Assembly: GCA_034530615.2 (NCBI GenBank)
Contig: JAVRCV020000025.1
Location: forward strand, 1-64,000
Source: Aulosira sp. ZfuVER01
Lineage (GTDB): Bacteria; Cyanobacteriota; Cyanobacteriia; Cyanobacteriales; Nostocaceae
Direction of reading: 5' to 3'
Length of the DNA: 64,000 nucleotides
Shown here: in pieces, positions 1-10,025 of the stretch
Position numbering within the stretch: position 1 is the stretch's first letter
Layout: each line of letters begins with the position of its first letter
Position numbers and translations under genes: made by a program
The notes under the pieces: model-generated
Told to the model about the DNA's origin: nothing
The model's input: only the letters and a program-made list of their open reading frames with translations
Databases searched by the model: none

Positions 1-29
1 CTCTAACCGCTCCTGCTATCAACGGCTAA
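1..29 (+). CDS. psbA: 3' end of photosystem II D1 protein gene (partial)
   Basis: Positions 3-29 read L-T-A-P-A-I-N-G-stop, matching the typical cyanobacterial D1 C-terminal extension (..APVALTAPAING); followed by a strong terminator. Confidence 0.8.
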
Positions 30-64
30 TTTCTGAGAATTCAACAATAGCTTCTGTGTGAATC

Positions 65-98
65 AAAAGCGCTCTCCCAATTGGGAGGGCGCTTTTTT
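65..98 (+). terminator. Intrinsic terminator downstream of psbA
   Basis: AAAAGCGCTCTCCCAA/TTGGGAGGGCGCTTTT hairpin followed by a T-run. Confidence 0.85.
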
Positions 99-188
99 AA
101 TTTCTATGTGACTTGCGGAAATTGCCTCTATTGTCAGGACATTGTGTGTATGCTAACTTAGGTGTTAAATGTAAACAGATCTAAAATT

Positions 189-467
189 ATGAGTCAATTA
201 GGTGAGTCTAGAACTGAACGGATCGATATCCGTACTAGTTCTAGTGTCAAAAAACTTTTGCAGCAAGCTGCTGCTGCAAGTCATAAAAATGTTAGTGAGT
301 TTTTGCTAGAACATGGTTTAATTGCGGCTCAAAATGCTTTAACAGATCGTAAGCTATTTGCGCTAGATGATGAGCAGTGGCAAGCTTTTCAAAACGCTCT
401 CGACTCTCCATCAACAGAAAAACCTCGTTTGCGTCGTTTATTAACGGAGCCGAGCGTATTTGAGTAA
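189..467 (+). CDS. DUF1778 family RHH antitoxin (TacA/AtaR-like)
   Basis: RTERIDIR..K.LLQQAAA...VSEFLL...F.LDDEQWQAF..ALD.P motif; ATG at 189 preferred over the GTG at 162; overlaps the GNAT gene. Confidence 0.9.
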   Translation: MSQLGESRTERIDIRTSSSVKKLLQQAAAASHKNVSEFLLEHGLIAAQNALTDRKLFALDDEQWQAFQNALDSPSTEKPRLRRLLTEPSVFE

Positions 468-966
468 TCAATATATTGATAAATTATCAGCTTCCCACAA
501 TATTCAAGACTTTGATTGTGGAAAGCCTGCTTTAAATAACTTTTTAATTAATTATGCTTTACAAAATCAACAGTCTGATAGTTCAAAAACTTATGTAGCT
601 TGTTTAGATAACACTGTAATTGGTTACTACACTCTAACCGTAGCCTCTATTCTTCATAAAGATGCGCCACCTCGCATTATTAAGGGACTGCCAAAATATC
701 CTATACCTGTAGCCCTTTTAGCTCGTCTGACGGTAAGCAAAGATTTTCAAGGTCAGAGAATAGGTAGTGGTTTATTAAAAGACTGCCTAAAACGTGTCAA
801 TGCAGCAGCAGATATTTTAGGTATTCGGGCTTTGCTAGTTCATGCTCAAGACGATGAAGCGTTGAGATGGTATGAACATTTTGATTTTGAACCTAGTCCT
901 ACTGACCCTTTACATTTATTTTTAATGTTGAAAGATATTCGGAAAATGTTAGGAAATAATTTGTAA
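460..966 (+). CDS. GNAT acetyltransferase toxin (TacT/AtaT-like)
   Basis: FDCG..LN.FL, YPIPVALLARL.V...QGQRIGSGLL, LLVHA.DD.A..WY..FDF motifs; coupled to the DUF1778 gene. Confidence 0.9.
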   Translation: MSNQYIDKLSASHNIQDFDCGKPALNNFLINYALQNQQSDSSKTYVACLDNTVIGYYTLTVASILHKDAPPRIIKGLPKYPIPVALLARLTVSKDFQGQRIGSGLLKDCLKRVNAAADILGIRALLVHAQDDEALRWYEHFDFEPSPTDPLHLFLMLKDIRKMLGNNL

Positions 967-1037
967 GTGCAGGAAACAGGACAAATTGATTAATCAATGA
1001 AGATATAAAGGAGAGTGTAATTGTTATTTAAATTATT

Positions 1038-1063
1038 GTAGGGGTTTAGCATTGCTAAACCCT
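1038..1063. repeat. REP-like GTAG palindrome
   Basis: GTAG-GGGTTTAGCA-T-TGCTAAACCC hairpin. Confidence 0.6.
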
Positions 1064-1255
1064 GATATTTAGGAGTTAATACAGTTCTTGACGATCATCA
1101 GTCTTTCAGCGAACACGATATCATTTACAACTCAATATCCACAAGTGTATGGGGCATTGAACTGACACACGAAGCGCAGTAAAATAAACAACAATTTTAC
1201 AAACAAGTTCAATCTACTTGATAAAACCTTTCTTTTACGCCAGAAGTGAGGAAGA

Positions 1256-1768
1256 ATGGCTTTGTGCTTTTTTATTCTGCTGTGTGCTTTTTTAAGCATT
1301 AGCTATTTTTTATTAAAAAAGATTAATAGTGAAATCTCACATCTGGTGGCTGTATTTGCAGTTATTAGCCTGATTTTGGGTTTAATCTTTGCCCCTTGGC
1401 AGATACTATTTCTACTATTAATTCCTGTTCTTATAAGCACAAGCTACGACTATTACACAAGCAAATTAGTCAGCAAGGAAATAGAAGATATACAAAAACC
1501 AGTTCAGAAATCTGAACCAGATAATAACTTGATATACCGTGGGGTTTGTTATCGTGCTGAACCCAAGGCCAAGTCAGATGGAGTAACTATACAACCAGTA
1601 ACCTATAAATTGAGCTTTAGAGGAGGTAGTTATTTTGTTCGTTGCGAACCTAAAGTCAAATTGGCTGAAGTAACTACACCACCAGTAACTTATAAATTGA
1701 GCTTTCGGGGAAGCACCTATTGTGTAAACAAAACTGCACACCCAAAAATTAAACCGCAAGATAGCTAG
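1256..1768 (+). CDS. Membrane-anchored protein with repeated DUF4278-like (L.YRG..Y) motifs
   Basis: Hydrophobic N-terminal ~60 aa; LIYRGVCY, LSFRGGSY and LSFRGSTY repeats. Confidence 0.65.
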   Translation: MALCFFILLCAFLSISYFLLKKINSEISHLVAVFAVISLILGLIFAPWQILFLLLIPVLISTSYDYYTSKLVSKEIEDIQKPVQKSEPDNNLIYRGVCYRAEPKAKSDGVTIQPVTYKLSFRGGSYFVRCEPKVKLAEVTTPPVTYKLSFRGSTYCVNKTAHPKIKPQDS

Positions 1769-1798
1769 TACCGCTGCACGGAATTAGTAATGATTTGG

Positions 1799-2188
1799 TC
1801 AAATTAAGTAATACATAGTGTCTTCTGGAGCCAGAGTCACTGCTGCATTGTAATCTTCAATTGCTTTTTGTTGATTACCTAATTCTTGGTAGATTTGACT
1901 GCGCCAATAATAAAAGAAAGCGTTATGAGGATTAATATATATAGCTTTGGTGTAATCTTCTAATGCACCTTGACGATCGCCTAATTTCTTTTTGCGAAAA
2001 TTAGCGCGTGCTGTGTAAAGTTCTGCGCTGTTGGGATGAATGCAGACTGCTGTATTGAAATCTGCGATCGCTCCTTCGATATTTCCCTGTGCAAAATGAT
2101 TGTAGGCTTTTTTAATATATAAGCTGACATCTACTTGCAATGATTGAGTTGTCTTTGATTGGTTGAAATCTTGAGCATTGCTATCCAT
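1799..2188 (-). CDS. TPR repeat protein
   Basis: Three TPR units (GAIADFN.A..I.P, GALEDYTKAI.INP, AIEDYNAA..LAP). Confidence 0.85.
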   Translation of the reverse strand: MDSNAQDFNQSKTTQSLQVDVSLYIKKAYNHFAQGNIEGAIADFNTAVCIHPNSAELYTARANFRKKKLGDRQGALEDYTKAIYINPHNAFFYYWRSQIYQELGNQQKAIEDYNAAVTLAPEDTMYYLI

Positions 2189-2306
2189 CTTACTAAAAAT
2201 AAAAATAATATAAGGTTTTGCAAGTTGTGCATACTCTTAGCGTACCCACAATTTTCGCGATTGTAACTAATAGCAACTATCTAATGATTGAGAAAATTAA
2301 ATAATT

Positions 2307-4148
2307 CTACGGTTGATAGCGAATACTAAAGTAAAAGCCATCATCTTGGGCGTTATTACCGCGATCGCTCAACTCAACAAAGGGAATGCCATAATCAAGG
2401 CGCATAGTCATGCGATCTATCCCCAAAGCTTGATTCCACAACAATCCTAAGCCTGCGCTGGCTAGAAAGGTTTGATTGGGTTGCTTATTCGGATTATCAG
2501 ATTGATTCCAGACTGCTCCTAAATCGAGAAACGGTGCTAGCTCAATTTTCGGTAATCCAGCTTCATTACGTTCCACTGTAATTCGGTCTTCAATCGCCAC
2601 ACGAAATCCATTATCTCCAGAACGAGCATTTTGGCGATACCCGCGTACAGATTGTCCACCGCCAATCACGAATTGCTGGGAAGGTAAAAGACTATCGGGT
2701 GTTAGTTGTAACTCTGCTTGGATGAGTAACAAATTATCTTCATTAAGTTGCTGTACGCGCTGTATTAAACCCAGCCAACTGAAAAAACGACCATCAGGAA
2801 TGGGATTTTGATTCAGAGTGGCATCAAATAAGCCAGTACCTAAACTAAATTGCGATTGTAAATACCAGGCTCCTTGAGGATCGCGGCGAACATAGTCTTG
2901 GCTAAACTTAAACACACTGGTGCGGCTGACTCCATTTATATCAGGGCCGATACCAAAGGGAGTCGGGAGTTGATCGAAGAGAAAAGTTTGACCATCCTGA
3001 TAAGTAAAGCCTAAAGATAGGGCAAATTCTTCTCTGGGCGATCGCATTAACGGCTGACGAAAACTAATATCATATACATCTTGGTTCGCTTTAATACCCA
3101 ACTGGTCAAACGGTGGCTGAGTAATTTCGTTGCGATTGGGTGCAAATCGCAAGCGGATTTTCCCGTTCATTGGGTTGACAGGAATTTGATAGCTAAAATC
3201 AAAGACATCAGAACCACCTGTGAAAGTGCGATACCAGGAGCCTGCTAGTTCATCGCCATTACCAGTTAGATTACGATGGCGCAGTTCAATTCCAAATCTT
3301 TCTGAACCAATACTAGGAGGTGAGTAATTATCTATACTAAAGCTGCTGGTAAAAGAATTTGCTTCCTCAACTCTGACAATGAGAATACTTTGACCGACTT
3401 TACCCGTAGGGCGAAGACTAGCTTCCACATTCGTGAACAGTGGATCGAGTCGCAGTAACTTCAGTTGCTCTTCCAGCTTAATAGTATTGAGAGGAATCCC
3501 CGCACCCAAGCGGATGCGACTGCGAACATAGGAAGGATTTAAGCGCCGCGTTCCTTGCACCTCAATGTCGGCTACACGCCCTTCAATGACGCGAATGACT
3601 ACAACGCCATCTGTGCTACCAGGTTTCTGAGCTAGAGGAATCGCTCTAGAGTTTATATAGTTGTTATTCAGGTAAAGCTGGGTAACAGCATCAGCAGCTT
3701 TTCTGATCTCTTCTAGGGTTAATTCTCGCCCCTCAAAAGGTTGTACAACTTTATTTAACTGTTGTTCATTAAAGACTGTGCTATCTATAACCTGAATTTT
3801 CCGGACGTAAATGCGCTCAGGATTTACTGACGGCGTTGGTGAAGGTTGAGTGGGTTCAGTGACTTGTGAAGGCTCTGGTGTTTGGACTAGTAATGGTTCT
3901 GTAGAGCTTTGTACATCTTTGCTCAATGCATCTGCTGAGTCATTTTGGTAAAGGATAACATTGCGATCGCTTGCTGTAGCTTTTAAGCCATTCATAGCAA
4001 TAATCGATACCAGATGCAGAATGAGCAAGCTGCACTTGAAACCGAGACTTTGATAACTTCGCAAACGAGCTAGCAGATGAAAGAAAGAAATAAATCTTTG
4101 CTGAATGCGGGCTTGAGGCTGAAGACCAGTTTTTGTACCTTTGCTCAT
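2307..4148 (-). CDS. ShlB/FhaC/HecB family two-partner secretion outer-membrane transporter (TpsB)
   Basis: POTRA motifs (ELTLEEIRKAADAVTQLY..NNYINSRA, VIEG.V.DIEVQG), GGGQSVRGY loop-6 motif, C-terminal beta-strand FYFSIRYQP. Confidence 0.92.
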   Translation of the reverse strand: MSKGTKTGLQPQARIQQRFISFFHLLARLRSYQSLGFKCSLLILHLVSIIAMNGLKATASDRNVILYQNDSADALSKDVQSSTEPLLVQTPEPSQVTEPTQPSPTPSVNPERIYVRKIQVIDSTVFNEQQLNKVVQPFEGRELTLEEIRKAADAVTQLYLNNNYINSRAIPLAQKPGSTDGVVVIRVIEGRVADIEVQGTRRLNPSYVRSRIRLGAGIPLNTIKLEEQLKLLRLDPLFTNVEASLRPTGKVGQSILIVRVEEANSFTSSFSIDNYSPPSIGSERFGIELRHRNLTGNGDELAGSWYRTFTGGSDVFDFSYQIPVNPMNGKIRLRFAPNRNEITQPPFDQLGIKANQDVYDISFRQPLMRSPREEFALSLGFTYQDGQTFLFDQLPTPFGIGPDINGVSRTSVFKFSQDYVRRDPQGAWYLQSQFSLGTGLFDATLNQNPIPDGRFFSWLGLIQRVQQLNEDNLLLIQAELQLTPDSLLPSQQFVIGGGQSVRGYRQNARSGDNGFRVAIEDRITVERNEAGLPKIELAPFLDLGAVWNQSDNPNKQPNQTFLASAGLGLLWNQALGIDRMTMRLDYGIPFVELSDRGNNAQDDGFYFSIRYQP

Positions 4149-4357
4149 TTCATTGTGTAGGGATGTCTGATGTAACGACCTGGCCTGTTTGGACTCTGGA
4201 TAATGCCATAACGCCCCAGTAATATTTGAATACCATATTTTTGAGTTAACAGTTAAAAGATTTGATATATTTCACTACAATTTTTAGCAATCACCCCTCA
4301 GTAATAACCACTAGCATTATATTCTGGTAATCAGGTTCAAATCTTCGGAGCAATTCC

Positions 4358-7300
4358 ATGTCACTGCCGATTTCTATTGTCATTACTAATTACAATCGGG
4401 AGCGTTATCTTGGGGACGCGATCGCCAGCGTTCTCAAGCAGACATGGCAAGACTTTGAGCTAATAGTTTGGGATGATGGCTCGACAGATGGATCGGTTGC
4501 GATCGCCAAACAATATGCACAACAAGATTGGCGCGTGCGCGTAGTCGCAGCACCCCATCAGGGAATGCTGGTATCTCGCCAAGCCGCGATCGCCCAAACT
4601 ACCGGAAAGTACATTGGTTGGGTAGATAGCGACGATTTGCTAGCTCCTACCGCCTTAGCGGAAACTGCTGCTATCCTCAACCTTCACCCAGAAATCGGAT
4701 TTGTTTACACCGATTACCTAGATATCGACGCCAACAGTAAAGTTATTGGATATGGCGATCGCTGTCGCATTCCCTACTCCAAAGAGCGACTGTTAGTGGA
4801 TTTTATGACCTTCCACTTTCGCCTGATTCGCCGTTCAGTATACGACTTAGTAAATGGACTCAATTGCGCGCCAAATTATGCTGAAGACTACGATCTGTGT
4901 TTGCGACTCTCAGAAGTTACCCAAGTAGGACACATAAAGCAGGCACTCTACTATTACCGCCACCATCCAGGGAATATGACTCAAGCAGGTAAGTTACAAC
5001 TGCTGTTGTGTTCTCAACAGGTTATTGCTCAAGCACTGCAACGGCGGGGACTGGCTGACAAATATCAAATTGATGTTGAACTCAACGCAGGTCGCTTCAT
5101 ATTGCGACAGAAGAAACTGCATCAAACCTTTAAGCGCTTTCAGTATATTAGTCTAGCAATACTTTCTTCACTTGCAGCCATTCCAGTACGCATGGCTCAA
5201 GGGCAACAGATTGTACCCGCAGCTGATGGTACAGGTACGATAGTTACTCCCAATGGCAACAGACTAGATATTACTGGGGGTACGACATCTAATAACGGTC
5301 TCAACCTCTTCCACAGCTTTCAACAATTTGGCTTGACGCCAGAACAAATCGCCAACTTTCAAGCAAATCCTAATCTGCAAAATATCCTGGGTCGGGTTAC
5401 TGGTGGTAACGCTTCCATTATCAATGGTTTAATTCAGGTTACAGGTGGCAATCCTAACCTGTATTTGATGAATCCTGCCGGATTTGTGTTTGGACCAAAC
5501 GCAAGTTTAAATGTCCCTGGTGCCTTTACCGCCACAACAGCCAACGGTATTAGCTTTGGCAACAATTGGTTTAATGCCATAGGTAGTAATAACTACTCAA
5601 TTTTAGTAGGCAATCCTACGGGCTTTGCTTTTACGATGAGTCAGCCAGGAGCGATTATTAATGCTGGCAATTTGGCAGTAGGTACTGGACAGAATTTAAG
5701 CCTGTTGGGTGGAATGGTGGTGAATACTGGACAACTCTCAGCAGCAGCAGGACAAATCCTAGTGACCTCTGTACCCGGAGAAAATTTCATACGTATCAGC
5801 CAGCCAGGAAGTTTGTTGAGCTTGGAAATTCAATCCGCTAGTAGCAATAAACCAAACGACTTAACATTCCCAGTTGCCTCTTTACCAGAATTACTCACAG
5901 TCGGTAACACAGGGTTAACTGCCAATCCTGATGGTACTGTAAAAGTTTCTGGCTCCAATACCAACTTTCCCAATACTCCCGGTACAACCATTGTTGCAGG
6001 CAAAGTCGATACATCGGGAACAACAGGCGGTACTGTCAATATTTTTGGGAAAAAAGTCGGGCTAGTTGGTGCCAATATTAACGCCTCTGGCAATAATGGC
6101 GGCGGTACTGTGCTGATTGGTGGCGATTACAAAGGTCAGGGAACTGTACCCAACGCCGAGCAGACTTATGTTGATTCTAAATCTGTAATTGCCGCCGATA
6201 GTATTTTAAACGGGAATGGCGGGCGCGTTATCGTTTGGGGTAACGATGCAACCCAATTCTTCGGTAAAATTACTGCGCGTGGTGGAGCAAATATCGGCAA
6301 TGGTGGTTTTGTTGAAGTATCCGGTAAAAATTTCCTAACTTTCAATGGTTTAGTAAATACTTCAGCAACCAATGGCAATCTGGGGACTTTATTACTAGAC
6401 CCCAGCACATTGACTATTATCGATGCCCCAGCAGGCTCAGGTGATTTTGATGCTAGCGCTGGCAATATTCTTTCTAGCGATCCAGATATCGGAGCTAACA
6501 CTGTTTCTTGGGGAGCGCTCAATGCTTTGGGATTTGGTGCAAATATTAGCTTACAGGCAACTGGAAATATAACCATCGATCCGATTACAGGCAATACACC
6601 AGGAGTAACTACTGCTGCTGGTGTGGCGACATTAAACTTAGGCGGTAGCGGTGGTTTCAGCCTAACCTCAACCAGCGGCTCTGTAATTTTTGCTAATACC
6701 AGCAACACGATTAATACAATCGGCGGAGATATCAATATCTCTGGAGCCAGCTTATCACTGGGCAACTTCAATACAAATGGTGATGCTAATTTTACTAGTA
6801 GCGGTAACGTCACCTTGTCTGCAACTGGCAACATTACTACTGGTGACATTATTACCTCTGGTAATGGCTATGGGAGTGGCAACATAGAAGTTACCAGCAC
6901 TAATGGTGCAATTACCTTGGGAAATCTCACTAGTAGCGAAAATAATTCATTTACAACCCCAGCAACTGGTGGCTTGGTAACTGTAAGTGCCGCAGGTGAT
7001 ATCGTTACTAATGCTATTGATTCTTCTTTTGGTGATAGCTTCAACAGCACTGGTGCGGGTGGTAATGTTGAATTAAAGACTACAGCAGGCAGTATTACTA
7101 CAGGTGCAATTAACTCTTCTGTCAGTAGAAGTGGAGGAGGCAATTTTACAGGTACAGCTGGTACTGTTAACTTAACAGCCACAAATAATATTCAAGTTGG
7201 CGATATTAATTCCTCAGCAACCGCTAGTAACGTAGATGGAACTGCAACTACTACAGGTGGTGCAGTGAGTTTAACTACCGGAAATAACATTACAGCTACT

Positions 7301-9685
7301 AATATTATTAGCGCTGCGATCGCCCTAGGTGCTTTGGGTTCAAAGGCTACAGGTGGTAGTATCAACCTCCAGACTAACAATCCTTTTGGAAGTCTAATTG
7401 AGTTTAGTACAATTAGCTCACAGGCAACCTCAGATATTAATGGCACTGTTCAAGGTGGTAATGTACAAGTACTGACCAACGGACTAATTAGAGGCACAGG
7501 AACATTCGCTACAGGTGATACGATCGCCACTGATGGAATTATTCTTGGCGAACCAAATGTTAGTTTTGCGCCTCCTACAGGCGGTACGATTACAATTCAA
7601 CATGATGGCGGCCCCAATAATGTGCCATTTATTGTAGGTAATGCCAGTGTCAACGGTGTAGCAGGTGCACTTAATGCTGGGGGAAGTTCAATTATCAGTA
7701 GCTTGAGTGCGCCTGTATTGCCAAATGGCGGGACTGCTAGTGGAACTCCCAACGGTATCACTATCAACTCTGTGAATAGTCCTCCGACACTAACAGCAAT
7801 CTCATCCTTACCTGATACCCAAACTAATCAACCAGTCACCTTTACCTTTGATAGTTTGGCAGCGGTAGTCTCTGATGCGAACAATGATGTCACCACTGTT
7901 CGAGTTGATGCGGTGAATGCAGGCAGTCTCACTGTTAATGGCGTTCCTGTTGCGCCTGGTGTTACTACGGTGGCGAACGGTGATACTTTAGTTTATACGC
8001 CACCTACAGATGCAACTGGTTCCCTAACTGCCTTTACTATTAGCGCCAGCGATGTTGTTTCTTCTTCACCACAGGTACAAATAGGAATCAACGTCATCCC
8101 AACGCCAACGCCAACCCCAACACCGACACCAACTCCAACACCGACACCAACTCCAACACCAACTCCAACACCAACTCCAACACCAACTCCAACACCGACA
8201 CCAACTCCAACACCAACACCAACACCAACACCAGAGCCGACACCCACGCCAACACCAACCCCAACACCAACACCAGAGCCAACACCCACGCCAACACCAA
8301 CTATTTCGCCCTGTAGTTTCCAGTGCAATCAAGATACACCGCCTAACATTAACCCGAATCTTCCCAAAAATGGTGTTAGTATTCTTGATACCAACCCCAT
8401 TCCAGAAGATAAATTAACAGCTAGGGTTGCAGGGTATTTAGGTGTATCTAATCCACGGCTTAAATCACCAGATGAAGCGAAAGAGATTGCCGTTCAAATA
8501 GAAAAAGCTACAGGTGTGAAACCTGCATTTATCTACCTGAGTTTTGTACCTGTAGAAATTCCACCCGATGGACTTTTAGGGGGAATTTTAGGCGGAATTA
8601 AATCTATTAAACAGTTAGATACTTCAGCCGAAAAGGATACTGAACAACTGGAATTAGTGGTAATAACTGGAAAGGGTAACCCCATACGCAAGCGGATTTC
8701 AGATGCGACAAAAGCCAAAGTTCTGGCAGTAGCGCAGGAATTCCGCGATCAAATTGTGAATCCCCAAAATCGTCGTCGCACCAGTTATTTGCCTTCATCG
8801 CAGCAACTTTATCGTTGGATAATTGCACCGCTAGAAACAGATTTACAAGCGCGAGAAATCAACAATCTCATCTTTCTTCCAGACATTGGCTTACGTTCAA
8901 CTCCAATGGCAGCACTTCATGATGGTCAAGGATTTCTGGTAGAAAAATATAGTATTGGCTTAATGCCTAGCCTCAGCTTAACTAATACTCTTTATACAGA
9001 TATTAAAAAAGCTCAAGTTTTAGCATTGGGTGTTTCCCAAAGTACTCAAGGACAAGAACCTTTACCAGCAGTTCCAGTTGAGTTATCCACAGTAGTATCG
9101 AAACTCTGGCAAGGCAAATTACTGTTGGATAAACAAGCAACCTTAGATAATCTCAAAGCCATCCGCCGTCAACAACCATTTGGGATTATTCACATGGCAA
9201 CCCATGCTGATTTTAATGCTGGTGCTTTGAGTAACTCCTATATTCAATTGTGGGAAGACAAGTTACGTTTAAACCAGATAAGACAATTACGCTTGAATGA
9301 ACCCCAAGTTGAAATGATGGTGTTGAGTGCTTGTCGAACTGCTTTAGGGAACGAAGAAGCAGAAATTGGTTTTGCTGGTTTAGCTGTACTGGCTGGTGTA
9401 AAAACTAGTGTTGCTAGTCTTTGGACAGTCAACGATGTGGGTACAGCAGCGTTGATGACAAAATTTTACGAGAGTTTGAAGACTGCACCGATTCGTGCCG
9501 AAGCTTTAAGAGAAGCTCAAGTTGCTATGGCAAAAGGTAAGGTTTACATCAAGGACGGTCAAATCCAAGGTTTGGAACCAATTACAAGTTTACCTGTACC
9601 TAGCGATAGCAGCGATCGCTCCAATCAATCTCTTGCCCATCCTTATTATTGGGCAGGTTTCACAATGGTTGGTAATCCTTGGTAA
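4358..9685 (+). CDS. Fusion protein: GT2 glycosyltransferase, internal signal-like segment, filamentous-haemagglutinin TPS domain/beta-helix, cadherin-like domain, Pro/Thr linker, CHAT peptidase
   Basis: GT2 motifs (DDGSTD, VDSDD, AEDYD); TPS motifs ([25 protein letters not shown]); (PT)n; CHAT IIHMATH / LSAC / [14 protein letters not shown]. Confidence 0.88.
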   Translation: MSLPISIVITNYNRERYLGDAIASVLKQTWQDFELIVWDDGSTDGSVAIAKQYAQQDWRVRVVAAPHQGMLVSRQAAIAQTTGKYIGWVDSDDLLAPTALAETAAILNLHPEIGFVYTDYLDIDANSKVIGYGDRCRIPYSKERLLVDFMTFHFRLIRRSVYDLVNGLNCAPNYAEDYDLCLRLSEVTQVGHIKQALYYYRHHPGNMTQAGKLQLLLCSQQVIAQALQRRGLADKYQIDVELNAGRFILRQKKLHQTFKRFQYISLAILSSLAAIPVRMAQGQQIVPAADGTGTIVTPNGNRLDITGGTTSNNGLNLFHSFQQFGLTPEQIANFQANPNLQNILGRVTGGNASIINGLIQVTGGNPNLYLMNPAGFVFGPNASLNVPGAFTATTANGISFGNNWFNAIGSNNYSILVGNPTGFAFTMSQPGAIINAGNLAVGTGQNLSLLGGMVVNTGQLSAAAGQILVTSVPGENFIRISQPGSLLSLEIQSASSNKPNDLTFPVASLPELLTVGNTGLTANPDGTVKVSGSNTNFPNTPGTTIVAGKVDTSGTTGGTVNIFGKKVGLVGANINASGNNGGGTVLIGGDYKGQGTVPNAEQTYVDSKSVIAADSILNGNGGRVIVWGNDATQFFGKITARGGANIGNGGFVEVSGKNFLTFNGLVNTSATNGNLGTLLLDPSTLTIIDAPAGSGDFDASAGNILSSDPDIGANTVSWGALNALGFGANISLQATGNITIDPITGNTPGVTTAAGVATLNLGGSGGFSLTSTSGSVIFANTSNTINTIGGDINISGASLSLGNFNTNGDANFTSSGNVTLSATGNITTGDIITSGNGYGSGNIEVTSTNGAITLGNLTSSENNSFTTPATGGLVTVSAAGDIVTNAIDSSFGDSFNSTGAGGNVELKTTAGSITTGAINSSVSRSGGGNFTGTAGTVNLTATNNIQVGDINSSATASNVDGTATTTGGAVSLTTGNNITATNIISAAIALGALGSKATGGSINLQTNNPFGSLIEFSTISSQATSDINGTVQGGNVQVLTNGLIRGTGTFATGDTIATDGIILGEPNVSFAPPTGGTITIQHDGGPNNVPFIVGNASVNGVAGALNAGGSSIISSLSAPVLPNGGTASGTPNGITINSVNSPPTLTAISSLPDTQTNQPVTFTFDSLAAVVSDANNDVTTVRVDAVNAGSLTVNGVPVAPGVTTVANGDTLVYTPPTDATGSLTAFTISASDVVSSSPQVQIGINVIPTPTPTPTPTPTPTPTPTPTPTPTPTPTPTPTPTPTPTPTPTPTPEPTPTPTPTPTPTPEPTPTPTPTISPCSFQCNQDTPPNINPNLPKNGVSILDTNPIPEDKLTARVAGYLGVSNPRLKSPDEAKEIAVQIEKATGVKPAFIYLSFVPVEIPPDGLLGGILGGIKSIKQLDTSAEKDTEQLELVVITGKGNPIRKRISDATKAKVLAVAQEFRDQIVNPQNRRRTSYLPSSQQLYRWIIAPLETDLQAREINNLIFLPDIGLRSTPMAALHDGQGFLVEKYSIGLMPSLSLTNTLYTDIKKAQVLALGVSQSTQGQEPLPAVPVELSTVVSKLWQGKLLLDKQATLDNLKAIRRQQPFGIIHMATHADFNAGALSNSYIQLWEDKLRLNQIRQLRLNEPQVEMMVLSACRTALGNEEAEIGFAGLAVLAGVKTSVASLWTVNDVGTAALMTKFYESLKTAPIRAEALREAQVAMAKGKVYIKDGQIQGLEPITSLPVPSDSSDRSNQSLAHPYYWAGFTMVGNPW
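8099..8302 (+). repeat. Hexanucleotide tandem repeat encoding a ~68-aa (Pro-Thr)n linker
   Basis: CCAACN/CCGACA repeats in frame within the 4358-9685 CDS. Confidence 0.95.
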
Positions 9686-9706
9686 ATTGAATCAAAAATT
9701 GCTGCC

Positions 9707-9742
9707 TAGATCCCCGACTTTTTTAAAAAAGTCGGGGATCTA
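9707..9742. repeat. Perfect 36-bp palindrome, possible terminator
   Basis: TAGATCCCCGACTTTTTT/AAAAAAGTCGGGGATCTA. Confidence 0.85.
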
Positions 9743-9744
9743 AA

Positions 9745-9828
9745 TTAGTGTTGTTACTCCCGAAGTTGTTGACGTTACTTCCGAGGTTGCTGTCGTTACT
9801 CCCGAAGTTAGTGTTGTTACTCCCGAAG
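9745..9828. repeat. Four tandem 21-bp repeats
   Basis: TTAGTGTTGTTACTCCCGAAG-like units at 9745, 9766, 9787 and 9808. Confidence 0.9.
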
Positions 9829-10025
9829 TTGCTCTCCCTACTATTAAGTGCAGAGATTCACAAGCAAAGATCTAAATATGGGTAAGAAACAAATGGGAAC
9901 ACTAATATGGGCACTCTCATGTAGATAAGCTGACATTTTACCCATGACAATCCCGGCTATAATTTGTTTCAGCGCTATAACCGCAATATCTTAGCGACGT
10001 TTTCGCTAGTTACACCGGAATTAGA

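Noticed and set aside
1070..1255. Glutamine riboswitch upstream of the DUF4278-like gene
   Set aside because: I could not find the expected CGTT...GGAAG core; an Rfam scan would settle it.
5830..8828. Minus-strand ORFs inside the large TpsA gene, including the (GV)n, (WC)n and (LV)n ORFs
   Set aside because: Shadow frames of the Gly/Thr-rich beta-helix and the Pro-Thr repeat.
9522..9743. 73-aa ORF overlapping the CHAT C-terminus
   Set aside because: Out-of-frame overlap running into the palindrome; no motif.
9745..9828. CRISPR array
   Set aside because: The 21-bp units are contiguous with no unique spacers, and there are no cas genes in the window.
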